Positions 29,401 through 38,607 of a stretch of 64,000 bases of DNA are shown here, piece after piece. Position 1 is the first letter of the stretch, and every line of letters starts with the position of its first letter. The translations under genes and the position numbers were made by a program. This stretch comes from Rikenellaceae bacterium (GTDB lineage: Bacteria > Bacteroidota > Bacteroidia > Bacteroidales > Rikenellaceae), in the NCBI GenBank assembly GCA_015059945.1, contig SUZJ01000004.1:8646-72645 (forward strand). The letters are read 5' to 3'. The notes beneath the pieces were generated by a model. The model searched no databases, was not told the DNA's origin, and saw only the letters and a list, made by a program, of their open reading frames with translations.

Positions 29401-29685
29401 ACGGCCGACTACTTGCGCAACAATGGCATCCGTACCCGTATGCGCAAGAAACTGAGCGAGGGTAGTACCGAGATTATCGACTCGCTACGTCAGGGCCACG
29501 TAAACTATGTGATAAACACAATGTCGCTCAGCAAACAGAGCACCCACCGCGATGGCTACCAAATCCGTAGGGCTGCTGTGGAGAACAATATTACCATCTT
29601 CACCTCGCTCGAAACGGTAGAGGTGCTGCTCAATGTGCTCGAAGAGATTACGATGAACGTATCGACCATCGATGCCGAGGATTAG
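26500..29685 (+). CDS. carB: carbamoyl-phosphate synthase large subunit
   Basis: 1061 aa with a duplicated ATP-grasp architecture (VMVIGSGPIVVGQAAEFDY / IVVLGSGPIRIGQGVEFDY). C-terminal MGS-like allosteric domain. Confidence 0.95.
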   Translation: MPKRTDIKKVMVIGSGPIVVGQAAEFDYAGTQACIALKEEGFEVVLVNSNPATIMTDTNIADKVYMEPLTLEYVAKIVRYERPDAIVPGLGGQTGLNLAVQLAKKGVLEECGVEILGTSFESIEMAEDRELFKELCERIGEPVLPSDVANTIDEAAKIAAQIGYPVILRPAFTLGGTGGGFADNEPQLREMMRTALELSPVHQVLVEKSIKGYKEIEFEVMRDANDTAIAICSMENVDPVGVHTGDSIVVAPAQTLTNKEFQLLRDSALRLIRALKIEGGCNVQFALDPHSFKYYLIEVNPRVSRSSALASKASGFPIARVSAKIAVGLHLDEIKIGVNPASFEPSIDYVVTKVARFPFDKFADASNELGTQMKATGEVMSIGRTMEESLLKAIRSLETGVCHIYHKKFDSMETAEMLDYIQRGTDDRIYAIAELMRRGVDAGIIYNRTKIDMFFLEKIKHIVEFEPVVKGAPQNIEVLADAKRLGFGDKFIGQLWGISEADVFHLRKANGIMPVYKMIDSCAGEFEADVPYFYSTYECENESARSDRKKIVVLGSGPIRIGQGVEFDYSTVHAIWSIRKAGYEAIIINNNPETVSTDYTTSDKLYFEPLTVEDVMNVLELEQPMGVIVSLGGQTAINLAEPLAALGAPIIGTGIEAIRNAEDRGCFEAIMTRLGIPQPMAEAVTDIEAGVRAATRIGYPVLVRPSYVLGGRAMQIVSDEEALRRYLQTAVEVNVDQPVLVDKYIMGKELEVDAVCDGVDVFVPGIMEHVEHTGIHSGDSISVYPTFSVSQKVKDTILEYTVKLGVEIGIVGLYNIQFIVDEKEDVYVIEVNPRSSRTVPFLSKSTGVQLADIATQVMLGRSLKEQGINVLYPTEKKRWFVKTPAFSFAKLRGMDSYLSPEMKSTGEAIGYDKSLNRALYKSLQASGMTVANYGTIFVTLAGNDKEKALPLIRRFYNLGFNIEATRGTADYLRNNGIRTRMRKKLSEGSTEIIDSLRQGHVNYVINTMSLSKQSTHRDGYQIRRAAVENNITIFTSLETVEVLLNVLEEITMNVSTIDAED

Positions 29686-29719
29686 TTATTAACCCCCAGA
29701 AAACACCTTACACTGCAAG

Positions 29720-30463
29720 ATGTACAAGAAGAATATATATAAGGTACGCTCCAATAGGGCTCTGTCGGCCAAAACGTGGCTGATGGTCTTGGAGGGCGAT
29801 ACCCAATACCTCACCGCCCCGGGGCAGTTTGTGAATGTGGCCATCGAGGGCAAGTTTTTGCGTAGGCCCATATCGGTATGCGACTACGACCATCAGACCA
29901 TCACACTGCTCTATGACGTGGTGGGCGAGGGCACAAGGTATATGAGCAGCCTTGGCGAGGGTGCCGAGTTGGACCTGCTGACGGGCTTGGGTAACGGCTT
30001 TGATACCGAGGTCGAGTGCCAAAGGCCACTGCTGCTGGGCGGTGGCGTGGGCATTGCCCCTATGCTCAATCTGGCCAAAGTGTTGGCAGGGCAGGGCAAA
30101 AGGCCTGTGGTCATTGCAGGTTGTAATACGGCTGCCGATGCTGTTGTGGCCCAGCTGTTTGAGCAGAGTGGGGCCGAGGTGTATGTGGCTACCGTAGACG
30201 GCTCGGTGGGCACCCGAGGCTTTGTTACCGACGTCATAAGGGAGCAGGGCATCGAGGGCGACTACTTCTACGCCTGTGGTCCGCTGCCTATGCTCAAGGC
30301 GCTGACGGGTGCGATGACCATCGATGGCGAGTTGAGCCTCGACGAGCGTATGGCTTGCGGCTTTGGGGTGTGTATGTGTTGCAGCGTAGAGACCAAGAGC
30401 GGTGCCAAGCGCATCTGCAAAGAGGGACCAGTATTTAAGAAGGAGGAACTGATATGGAAGTAA
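29720..30463 (+). CDS. pyrK: dihydroorotate dehydrogenase (class 1B) electron-transfer subunit
   Basis: 247 aa. RRPISV FAD motif and the C-terminal 2Fe-2S cysteine cluster CGFGVCMCCSV...ICKEGPVF. Confidence 0.9.
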   Translation: MYKKNIYKVRSNRALSAKTWLMVLEGDTQYLTAPGQFVNVAIEGKFLRRPISVCDYDHQTITLLYDVVGEGTRYMSSLGEGAELDLLTGLGNGFDTEVECQRPLLLGGGVGIAPMLNLAKVLAGQGKRPVVIAGCNTAADAVVAQLFEQSGAEVYVATVDGSVGTRGFVTDVIREQGIEGDYFYACGPLPMLKALTGAMTIDGELSLDERMACGFGVCMCCSVETKSGAKRICKEGPVFKKEELIWK

Positions 30464-31389
30464 CGAATAACAAGAGTGTAGATTTGTCGGTCGAGCTGAG
30501 TGGTGTTAGGCTCGACAACCCCGTAGTGCCCGCCAGTGGCTGCTTTGGCTATGGCTATGGTATGAGCGAGTTTTACGACATAAACATATTGGGCTCCATA
30601 TCGTTCAAGGGTACCACGCGCGAGGCTCGCTATGGCAATCCCCTGCCCAGGGTGGCCGAGTGTTCGGCAGGAATGATTAACGCTGTGGGACTGCAAAACC
30701 CGGGCATTGATGCGGTTATTGCCGAGGAGTTGCCCAAAATGAGGGCCGCTTTCCGCAAACCGATTATAGCCAACATTAGCGGCTTTTCGATTGACGAGTA
30801 CGTAGAGTGCTGCCGCAAGATTGATGCCGAGGAGCAGGTGGCTATTATCGAACTGAATGTGAGCTGCCCCAATGTGCACGGCGGAGGTATGAGCTTTGGC
30901 ACTTCGGCCGAGTCGGTTGCCGAGGTCGTAAGGGAGGTTAAGAAGGTGGTTACCAAGCCTCTGTATGTAAAACTTACGCCCAATGTTACCGACATTGTGG
31001 CCATTGCCAAGGCTGCCGAAGAGGCCGGTGCCGACGGTATCTGCCTGATAAATACAATGTTGGGTATGAGGATTAACACTCGCACCCGCAAACCTGTGAT
31101 TGCTAACACTATGGGCGGTTTTTCGGGTGCTGCGGTATTCCCAGTGGCCGTAAGGATGGTATATCAGGTGGCTAAGGCTTGCAACATACCCGTAATTGGT
31201 TGCGGTGGTGTAGAAACAGCCTCGGATGTGATAGAGATGATGATGGCAGGTGCAACGGCCGTAGAGGTGGGTGCCGCCAACCTGCGCAACCCCTACGCCT
31301 GCAAAGAGATTATCGAGGCACTGCCCGCCGAGATGAGTAGGCTGGGCATCGAGCGACTGAGCGATATAATCGGAATTGTAAACAAATAA
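30454..31389 (+). CDS. pyrD: dihydroorotate dehydrogenase (class 1B) catalytic subunit
   Basis: 311 aa. NPVVPASGCFGYG and ELNVSCPNVHGGG. The start overlaps the pyrK stop by 10 nt. Confidence 0.9.
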   Translation: MEVTNNKSVDLSVELSGVRLDNPVVPASGCFGYGYGMSEFYDINILGSISFKGTTREARYGNPLPRVAECSAGMINAVGLQNPGIDAVIAEELPKMRAAFRKPIIANISGFSIDEYVECCRKIDAEEQVAIIELNVSCPNVHGGGMSFGTSAESVAEVVREVKKVVTKPLYVKLTPNVTDIVAIAKAAEEAGADGICLINTMLGMRINTRTRKPVIANTMGGFSGAAVFPVAVRMVYQVAKACNIPVIGCGGVETASDVIEMMMAGATAVEVGAANLRNPYACKEIIEALPAEMSRLGIERLSDIIGIVNK

Positions 31390-31411
31390 AAAAACAGATA
31401 TAGAATAAGTT

Positions 31412-32128
31412 ATGAACGTAAACGCCAAAGATGTAATTATTGCTTGCGACTTTGCCTCGGCAGAGCAGACACTCGCTTTTCTGGACAAATTCGAGGGCGA
31501 GAGCCGCAAACCTTTCCTGAAAATAGGTATGGAGCTTTACTATGCCGCAGGTAACGAGATCGTTAGGGAGATTAAACGCAGGGGACACAAGATTTTCCTC
31601 GACCTGAAACTGCACGACATCCCCAACACTGTGCGCAAGGCTATGAAAGTGCTCTCGGCTCTGGACGTGGATATGGTAAACGTACACGCAAGCGGCACTA
31701 TTGAGATGATGAAGGCGGCCAAAGAGGGGCTCACCCGCGAGGATGGCACAAGGCCCCTGCTGATTGCCGTAACCCAACTCACCTCGACCAGCCAGGAGGC
31801 TATGCAGAGCCAGTTGCTCATTGGCGCAACCATCAACGACACTATTGCCAAGTATGCCCAGAATACCAAAGAGGCAGGCTTAGATGGCGTGGTCTGCTCA
31901 CCTCTGGAAGCTGCACTGGTCAAGGAGGCTTGCGGTCAGGAGTTTATGACCATCACCCCAGGCATCCGCTTTGCCGACTCTTCGACCGACGATCAGGTGC
32001 GCATTACTACCCCCGAGAAGGCTCGCGCCATTGGTTCGGACTACATTGTGGTGGGTAGGCCCATTACCGCTGCCGATGACCCCGTGGCTGCATATCGTCG
32101 CTGCGTGGCAGAGTTCCTGAACGAGTAG
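31412..32128 (+). CDS. pyrF: orotidine-5'-phosphate decarboxylase
   Basis: 238 aa. IIACDF...KIGMELY...[12 protein letters not shown] motifs. Confidence 0.9.
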   Translation: MNVNAKDVIIACDFASAEQTLAFLDKFEGESRKPFLKIGMELYYAAGNEIVREIKRRGHKIFLDLKLHDIPNTVRKAMKVLSALDVDMVNVHASGTIEMMKAAKEGLTREDGTRPLLIAVTQLTSTSQEAMQSQLLIGATINDTIAKYAQNTKEAGLDGVVCSPLEAALVKEACGQEFMTITPGIRFADSSTDDQVRITTPEKARAIGSDYIVVGRPITAADDPVAAYRRCVAEFLNE

Positions 32129-32169
32129 TAGTAAATGATTGTGAAATAAGTAAATAAATATAGATAGCT

Positions 32170-32808
32170 ATGACAACCGAGAAGATTATTGCATCGCAAC
32201 TGCTGAGCATCAAAGCCGTATTTTTGAGCCCCAACGAGCCCTTCACTTGGGCCAGTGGCATCAAGAGCCCAATTTATTGCGACAACCGACTGATTTTGAC
32301 CGCTCCTGCTGCTCGTAAGGTGGTCGAAAACGCCATTGCACAGAGCGTCAAAGAACACTTCCCCGAGGCCGAGGTGCTGATGGGTACCAGTACCGCAGGT
32401 ATTGCCCACGCCGCCATCGCTGCCGACATACTGGATATGCCTATGGGCTATGTTCGCGGTAGCGCCAAGGATCACGGCAGGGGTAACCGCATCGAGGGCC
32501 GCTTGGAGAAAGGTGCCAAGGTGGTGGTTATCGAGGACCTGATTTCGACCGGTGGTAGCTGTATTGAGGTTGTGGAGGCTCTGCGCGAGGCTGGTGCCGA
32601 GGTACTGGGCGTTGTGAGCATCTTCACCTATGGTATGAAGAAGGGCATCGAGCGTTTGGCTGCTGCGGGTGTGGTAAACTACTCGCTCTCAAACTTCGAC
32701 ACCCTCGTAGAGGTGGCTGCCGAGCAGGGCTATATCGCCCCCGCCGACCAAGCAAAGCTGAAACAGTTTATGGCCAACCCCAGCGACGAGAGCTGGATGA
32801 ACGGATAG
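32170..32808 (+). CDS. pyrE: orotate phosphoribosyltransferase
   Basis: 212 aa. PRPP motif [13 protein letters not shown] and [12 protein letters not shown]. Confidence 0.9.
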   Translation: MTTEKIIASQLLSIKAVFLSPNEPFTWASGIKSPIYCDNRLILTAPAARKVVENAIAQSVKEHFPEAEVLMGTSTAGIAHAAIAADILDMPMGYVRGSAKDHGRGNRIEGRLEKGAKVVVIEDLISTGGSCIEVVEALREAGAEVLGVVSIFTYGMKKGIERLAAAGVVNYSLSNFDTLVEVAAEQGYIAPADQAKLKQFMANPSDESWMNG

Positions 32809-32871
32809 TTTAGCTGCGACCAATTAAATCGTTAATAATTAAAACAATATAAACAAACTACTATACACACT

Positions 32872-33957
32872 ATGAGACACTTGATTGACCCCACCGACCT
32901 GTCGATGCAGGAGCTTGATGAGATTATAAACCTGGCGCTCGATATTATCGACAACCGCGAGAAATATGCCGACGCTTGCAAGGGCAAAAAACTTGCTACA
33001 CTCTTCTATGAGCCCAGTACCCGTACAAGGCTCAGCTTTACGGCTGCAATGATGGAGCTTGGCGGTAGTGTATTGGGCTTCTCGGATGCCAAAAATTCGT
33101 CGGTGAGCAAGGGCGAGACTTGTGCCGACACCTCGAAGGTTATCAGCTGCTTTGCCGACATTATTGCTATGCGCCACTTCGAGGAGGGTGCCGCTCTGGT
33201 TGCAGCAATGAACGCCACCGTGCCCGTAATCAATGCCGGCGACGGCAGCCACAGCCACCCAACGCAGACCCTGACCGACCTGCTCACTATCAAACGCGAG
33301 ATTGGCAGGTTCGACAATATTACCATAGGTTTCTGTGGCGATTTGCGCTTTGGCCGTACCGTTCACTCGCTCATCAAGGCTATGTCGCGCTACAAAGGTG
33401 TGAAGGTGGTACTTATCGCCCCCGACCAGTTGCGCCTGCCCAGCTATATGAAACACGAGGTGTGCGAGATGAACAACATCCCCTATGTAGAGGTATCGTC
33501 GATGGAGGAGGTTATGGACCAGTTGGATGTGCTCTATATGACTCGCGTACAGAAGGAGCGCTTCCTCGACGAGGATGAGTTCGATAGGCTCAAAGACAGC
33601 TTCATTCTGGACCCCGCGAAGCTCAAAAATGCACGTCCCGAGATGCGCATCCTGCACCCCCTGCCAAGGGTAAACGAGATTACCGTAGAGGTGGATGCCG
33701 ACCCACGCGCTGCCTACTTCCGCCAGGTCGAGAATGGCAAATTTGTGCGTATGGCCCTTATCCTCAAATTGCTCGAATGGGCCAAGGATGATAGCAAGAC
33801 CATAGACCTCGTGCCTAAAGATGTCATCCGCAACGAGTACGTTTGCCACAACAAGAGGTGTATCTCTAATATGGAGAACGTAGACTCGCTCTTCCGCCCC
33901 GCAACCGACAAGCCCGGCAAGTTCCGCTGTGTATATTGCGAGTCGAAGGCCAAATAG
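32872..33957 (+). CDS. pyrB: aspartate carbamoyltransferase catalytic chain with a fused C-terminal PyrI-type zinc domain
   Basis: 361 aa. Catalytic motifs are [12 protein letters not shown] and HPLPR. About 60 residues follow the normal catalytic-chain end, with a C-x4-C-x22-C-x2-C pattern ([18 protein letters not shown]...FRCVYCESK) resembling the E. coli PyrI Zn domain. Confidence 0.85.
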   Translation: MRHLIDPTDLSMQELDEIINLALDIIDNREKYADACKGKKLATLFYEPSTRTRLSFTAAMMELGGSVLGFSDAKNSSVSKGETCADTSKVISCFADIIAMRHFEEGAALVAAMNATVPVINAGDGSHSHPTQTLTDLLTIKREIGRFDNITIGFCGDLRFGRTVHSLIKAMSRYKGVKVVLIAPDQLRLPSYMKHEVCEMNNIPYVEVSSMEEVMDQLDVLYMTRVQKERFLDEDEFDRLKDSFILDPAKLKNARPEMRILHPLPRVNEITVEVDADPRAAYFRQVENGKFVRMALILKLLEWAKDDSKTIDLVPKDVIRNEYVCHNKRCISNMENVDSLFRPATDKPGKFRCVYCESKAK

Positions 33958-34004
33958 GGCCCCATTGCGAGAGCGATTTTGTTAATAAAATTTTGAAAAC
34001 TTAG

Positions 34005-34036
34005 TTTGGCACAAAAGGGAAAAAAGAGTACTTTTG
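34005..34036 (+). promoter_or_regulatory. Bacteroidetes promoter of the pur operon leader (-33 TTTG plus -7 TACTTTTG)
   Basis: TTTG at 34005-34008 and TACTTTTG at 34029-34036, with a 20-nt spacer, followed by tggc. Confidence 0.6.
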
Positions 34037-34345
34037 TGGCTCAGGATAATGATAACCGAAAGGATACCCCAAAACAGATGAGGCAACCCCGAAACATATC
34101 CGCCATAAGGTTTAGGCGTAGGATAGTGATGGCCGGCACGGAAAAGTGTGCTTGTCAAAGACTCTGGGGGCAGAGTGTGGCCCTTGCAGGGGGTAAAATG
34201 CGCCAACCAATTTGTACCAATCAGCCCAAAGTGCGAACATAAGAATAGTTGTGGCCGCCAAGCTAATGTCTTGGCGGCCACTGCTTTTTATTATAGAACA
34301 ATAATTTGACCACAAACATAAGGGAGAAACAAATAACTTAAAGAT
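34037..34345 (+). promoter_or_regulatory. candidate structured leader (riboswitch-like element or attenuator, class unknown) of the pur operon
   Basis: About 300 nt of non-coding leader with several GC-rich complementary segments, for example auauccgcc-N10-ggcguaggaua at 34096-34124. It ends in a terminator hairpin 57 nt before the purE ATG. Confidence 0.4.
34251..34289 (+). terminator. intrinsic terminator/attenuator upstream of purE
   Basis: gtggccgccaag-ctaatgt-cttggcggccac (12-bp perfect GC-rich stem) followed by tgcttttta. Confidence 0.75.
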
Positions 34346-34813
34346 ATGAAAATAGGCGTTGTAATGGGCTCGACAAGCGACTGGGGCGTTATGTCGGGTG
34401 CTACTGCTATTTTGGAGCAGTTTGGTATTGAATACGAGAAAAAAGTGCTCAGCGCACACCGCACTCCTGCACAGTTGGAGGAGTGGGCCAGTGGCGCAAG
34501 AGAGCGTGGCGTGGCAGCAATTATTGCCGGTGCAGGTGGCGCAGCCCACTTGGCAGGCGTGGTAGCTGCATTTACCACTCTGCCAGTGATTGGTGTACCC
34601 ATCAAGTCGAGGTCGCTCGAGGGATTGGATTCGCTGCTGTCGATGGTGCAGATGCCTTCGGGTATTCCAGTTGCAACGGTGGGCATTGATGGTGCCAAGA
34701 ATGCCGCTCTGCTGGCTATTGCAATGCTGTCGATTACCGACGGCCAGATGATGGCCAAACTTGATGAATTCCGCGCCGAGCAGGCCGAAAAGGTCTTGGA
34801 GGCCGAGATTTAG
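34346..34813 (+). CDS. purE: 5-(carboxyamino)imidazole ribonucleotide mutase (class I PurE)
   Basis: 155 aa. [16 protein letters not shown] (class I signature), and [11 protein letters not shown]. Confidence 0.9.
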   Translation: MKIGVVMGSTSDWGVMSGATAILEQFGIEYEKKVLSAHRTPAQLEEWASGARERGVAAIIAGAGGAAHLAGVVAAFTTLPVIGVPIKSRSLEGLDSLLSMVQMPSGIPVATVGIDGAKNAALLAIAMLSITDGQMMAKLDEFRAEQAEKVLEAEI

Positions 34814-34860
34814 TAACACAAGAGAATAATAATCAAACCGAATAACCCACAAAAAGATAG

Positions 34861-37800
34861 ATGAATACTCACCGTATTTTTGTAGAAAAGAGAGAACCTT
34901 ATAGGGTAGAGGCCGAGAGTTTGCGTCGCGAGCTGAATGCCAATCTGGGACTTTCGATAGGCTCGTTGCGACTGGTGTGTGTCTACGACCTGTTTGGTTT
35001 TAGCGACGAACTGGTCGAGCAGTGCAGCTACCGAGTCTTTGGCGAGCGAGCAACCGACAATGTGAGCCAGCAGATAGATATGGGCGGTATGCCCCACTTG
35101 GCTGTCGAGTGCCTGCCAGGTCAGTTTGACCAGAGGGCGGCTTCGGCAGTGGACTGTGTAAAGCTCATCTGCCCCAGTGCCGAGGTGGAGATACGCAGCG
35201 CCAAGTTGATGATTTTCGACCAGAGTGTAGGCGAGGCCGAGATGGCCAAGATTGCCCACTACTGCATCAACGCTGTGGAGTCGAGGGAGAAAAACCTCGA
35301 CGTACTGGCCCCTTCGGAGAGGGCTTCGGCCAAGCCTGTGGAGGTGCTCAGGGGCTTCTGCGAGATAACCGAGGCTGAGGCTGCCGACTACTGCAAGGCT
35401 AAGGGGTTGGCGATGAATGGCGACGACCTGATGGAGGTTGTGCGCTACTTCAAGGCCGAGGGTAGGGAGCCCAATGAGACCGAGCTGAGGATTTTGGACA
35501 CCTACTGGAGCGACCACTGCCGCCACACGACCTTTACGAGCGAGATTACCGACATTGAGGTAGACGACTCGCTGGCGGCCGATGATATTAGGGATGCGGT
35601 GCAGCTGTGGAAGAATATCCGCAAAAAGTTGGGTAGGGAGCACAAGAGCCTCTGCCTGATGGACTTGGCTACTATTGGTGCAAGGTATCTGAAGAAACAG
35701 GGCCTGCTCGACGACTTGGAGCAGAGTGAAGAGAATAATGCGTGCAGCATATATGTTAATGTCGATGTAGACAGCAAGAACGAGTGCTGGCTGTTGCAGT
35801 TCAAGAACGAAACCCATAATCACCCCACCGAGATTGAGCCCTTTGGTGGCGCATCGACCTGCTTGGGTGGTGCTATTAGGGACCCGCTGAGTGGCCGTAG
35901 CTACGTTTACCAGGCTATGAGGGTTACGGGTGCGGGTAACATCTACCAGCCAGTGAGCGAAACGATGGAGGGCAAGTTGCCCCAGAGGATTATCTCGCTC
36001 AAAGCGGCTGCGGGCTACTCGTCGTATGGCAACCAGATTGGTCTGGCAACCACCCACGTGAGGGAGATTTACCACCCCGACTATGTGGCCAAGCGATTGG
36101 AGGTTGGCGCAGTTGTGGGCGCAGTAAAGGCGGCCGACGTTAGGCGCGAGAGGCCTGTGGCTGGCGACGTGATACTGATGTTTGGCGGTCGCACCGGCAG
36201 GGACGGCATTGGCGGTGCCACGGGCTCGTCGAAAGAGCACACTACCTCGTCGCTCGAAGAGTGCGGCAGCGAGGTGCAGAAGGGTAACGCCCCCGAGGAG
36301 AGAAAGATTGCACGTCTGTTCCGTAGGCCCGAGGTTACGAGGCTTATCAAAAAGTCGAATGACTTTGGTGCAGGCGGTGTGAGCGTGGCCATTGGCGAGC
36401 TGACCGATGGTCTGAACATCTACCTCGACAGGGTGCCCACCAAATATAGCGGTCTGAATACTACTGAGTTGGCTATTAGCGAGTCGCAGGAGCGTATGTC
36501 GGTGGTTGTAGAGGCCAAAGATAAAGAGGAGTTTATGCGCTACTGCCACGAGGAGAACTTGGAGGTAAATCACGTTGCCGATGTAACCGATAGCGGCAGG
36601 ATGACAATGTACTATGGTGGCGAGGTGGTAGCCGACCTGAGTCGCGAGTTTATCGACTCGGCAGGTGCTAAACACTATACCGAGGCCACTATTGGCACTA
36701 TTGAGGATAAGAATCCCTTTGTACGCGAGGTGGAGGGCGAGGGCATCGAGGCCAAGATGAAGTCGATGCTGGCCGATGCCAACGTGACCTCGCAGAAGGG
36801 CTTGATAGAGATGTTTGACTCGAGCATTGGTGCATCGACGGTGCTGATGCCCTTTGGTGGCAAAACCCAGAGGACCGAGGCACAAGTGTCGGTGCAGAAA
36901 CTGCCCGTAGGCAACCACCACACCAATACGGCAAGTATGATGAGCTACGGCTTCAATCCCTATCTGAGCAGTTGGAGCCCCTATCACGGTGCTGCTTATG
37001 CAGTGGTGGATGCAGTGGCTAAGGCTGTGGCTGCGGGTGCCGAGTTTGACAAGATGAGGTTCTCGTATCAGGAGTACTTCGAAAAGATGACCTCGCGCAA
37101 GGCGTGGGGCAAACCTCTGGCGGCTCTGCTGGGTGCACTGCGTATGCAGGTGGCACTGGGCCTGCCCTCGATTGGTGGCAAGGACTCGATGAGCGGTACT
37201 TTTGCCAACATAAGTGTTCCCCCAACGCTGATTGCTTTTGGTGTTGCGGCTGTGGATAGCAGGGTGGTGATTAGCCCCGAGTTCAAGAAGGCAGGTAGCT
37301 ACATCTACTTGGTGCGCCACACTCCGCTGGCCAACTATATGCCCGACACTGAGCTGTTGAGAGATAACTTTGAGTACATAAGGCACAAGATATTCAGCGG
37401 TGCAATCACCTCGGCCTATGCAGTGGGCTTTGGTGGTGTGGCCGAGGCTCTGGCCAAGATGACCTTTGGCAACAATGTGGGTGCTAAGGTAGAGGTGGAT
37501 GAGGCCGACTTGTTTAATTACAACTACGGCTCGATTGTGATTGAGAGCAGTAGAGAGTTGGATTATCCCCACTTCGAACTGCTGGGCCGCACCTGCAAGT
37601 GCGAGTCGCTGTGTGTCAATGGCGTAGAGATGGCCATCGAAGAGCTCTATGAGGCCAATAGACAGAAGTTTACGGCCGTTTATCCCGACCGTAGCGGTGT
37701 GGAGGGCAAGGTGGAGAACGCCACCTCGGGCCCCAACAAGAGCAGGTGGCAGGGCGAAAGGGTAGAGCACCCCGTGGTTTACCTGCCCGTATTCCCCGGC

Positions 37801-38568
37801 ACCAACTGCGACTACGATATGGCAAGGGCCTTCGAGAAGGAGGGGGCACAGATTACCACCTCGGTATTCTGCAACCTTACGGCCGAGGATGTCGAGAGGT
37901 CTACGGTCAAGATGGCCCAGATGATTGACGAGTGCCACGTGTTGGCCATTAGCGGTGGTTTCTCGCTGGGTGATGAACCCGACGGTAGCGGCAAGTTTAT
38001 AGCCAGTGTGTTGCAGAACGAGCAGGTGAAGGCTGCTGTGGAGCGTCTGCAAGCAAGGGGTGGACTGATTTTGGGTATCTGCAACGGCTTCCAGGCATTG
38101 GTTAAATCGGGCCTGCTGCCTTTTGGCAAGATTGGCGCCCTCACGCCCGAGTCGCCCACGCTGTTCCACAACGATATCAACCGCCACATCTCGCAGATTG
38201 TATCGACCAGAGTGGGCTCGGTAGCCTCGCCCTGGTTGGAGGGCTTCGAGTTAGGCGAGTTGCACTCGGTGGCAGCTTCGCACGGCGAGGGTAAGTTTGT
38301 GGCAAGTGCCGAGTTGGCTGCTCAATTGAGGGCCAATGGCCAGATTGCTTTCCAGTATGCTGATGCCGAGGGCAATGCCACGATGACTTCGCCCGCCAAC
38401 CCCAACGGCTCGACCGAGGCTATCGAGGGTATCTGCTCGCCCGACGGCAGGATTTTGGGCAAGATGGGTCACTCGGAGCGCTATGCCGAGGGACTGATGA
38501 AGAACATCAGCGGCAATAAGGACCAAAACCTCTTCCGCAATGCGGTGAACTACTTTAGAAATAGATAG
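34861..38568 (+). CDS. purL: phosphoribosylformylglycinamidine synthase, large single-chain type
   Basis: 1235 aa with fused PurS-like, FGAM synthetase and C-terminal glutaminase regions (GICNGFQAL nucleophile context; MGHSER). Confidence 0.95.
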   Translation: MNTHRIFVEKREPYRVEAESLRRELNANLGLSIGSLRLVCVYDLFGFSDELVEQCSYRVFGERATDNVSQQIDMGGMPHLAVECLPGQFDQRAASAVDCVKLICPSAEVEIRSAKLMIFDQSVGEAEMAKIAHYCINAVESREKNLDVLAPSERASAKPVEVLRGFCEITEAEAADYCKAKGLAMNGDDLMEVVRYFKAEGREPNETELRILDTYWSDHCRHTTFTSEITDIEVDDSLAADDIRDAVQLWKNIRKKLGREHKSLCLMDLATIGARYLKKQGLLDDLEQSEENNACSIYVNVDVDSKNECWLLQFKNETHNHPTEIEPFGGASTCLGGAIRDPLSGRSYVYQAMRVTGAGNIYQPVSETMEGKLPQRIISLKAAAGYSSYGNQIGLATTHVREIYHPDYVAKRLEVGAVVGAVKAADVRRERPVAGDVILMFGGRTGRDGIGGATGSSKEHTTSSLEECGSEVQKGNAPEERKIARLFRRPEVTRLIKKSNDFGAGGVSVAIGELTDGLNIYLDRVPTKYSGLNTTELAISESQERMSVVVEAKDKEEFMRYCHEENLEVNHVADVTDSGRMTMYYGGEVVADLSREFIDSAGAKHYTEATIGTIEDKNPFVREVEGEGIEAKMKSMLADANVTSQKGLIEMFDSSIGASTVLMPFGGKTQRTEAQVSVQKLPVGNHHTNTASMMSYGFNPYLSSWSPYHGAAYAVVDAVAKAVAAGAEFDKMRFSYQEYFEKMTSRKAWGKPLAALLGALRMQVALGLPSIGGKDSMSGTFANISVPPTLIAFGVAAVDSRVVISPEFKKAGSYIYLVRHTPLANYMPDTELLRDNFEYIRHKIFSGAITSAYAVGFGGVAEALAKMTFGNNVGAKVEVDEADLFNYNYGSIVIESSRELDYPHFELLGRTCKCESLCVNGVEMAIEELYEANRQKFTAVYPDRSGVEGKVENATSGPNKSRWQGERVEHPVVYLPVFPGTNCDYDMARAFEKEGAQITTSVFCNLTAEDVERSTVKMAQMIDECHVLAISGGFSLGDEPDGSGKFIASVLQNEQVKAAVERLQARGGLILGICNGFQALVKSGLLPFGKIGALTPESPTLFHNDINRHISQIVSTRVGSVASPWLEGFELGELHSVAASHGEGKFVASAELAAQLRANGQIAFQYADAEGNATMTSPANPNGSTEAIEGICSPDGRILGKMGHSERYAEGLMKNISGNKDQNLFRNAVNYFRNR

Positions 38569-38607
38569 AAACAAATATACAAATCAACTAAAAATCAGGT
38601 TACTACA

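Noticed and set aside
34037-34250. Known purine-pathway riboswitches (guanine/adenine, ZTP/pfl, ykkC subtypes) and the 78-aa/99-aa ORFs in the pur leader
   Set aside because: I could not find the conserved cores of these riboswitch classes by eye, so I name no class. The 78-aa ORF starts upstream of the predicted transcription start site. Both ORFs are basic and low-complexity, with no supporting signals.
34810-38187. 1125-aa ORF on the minus strand, antisense to purL
   Set aside because: The + strand encodes an unmistakable full-length PurL. The antisense product is low-complexity (rich in L/H/R/A/G/V) with no motif I recognise. Long stop-free antisense frames are an expected by-product of GC3-rich codon usage.
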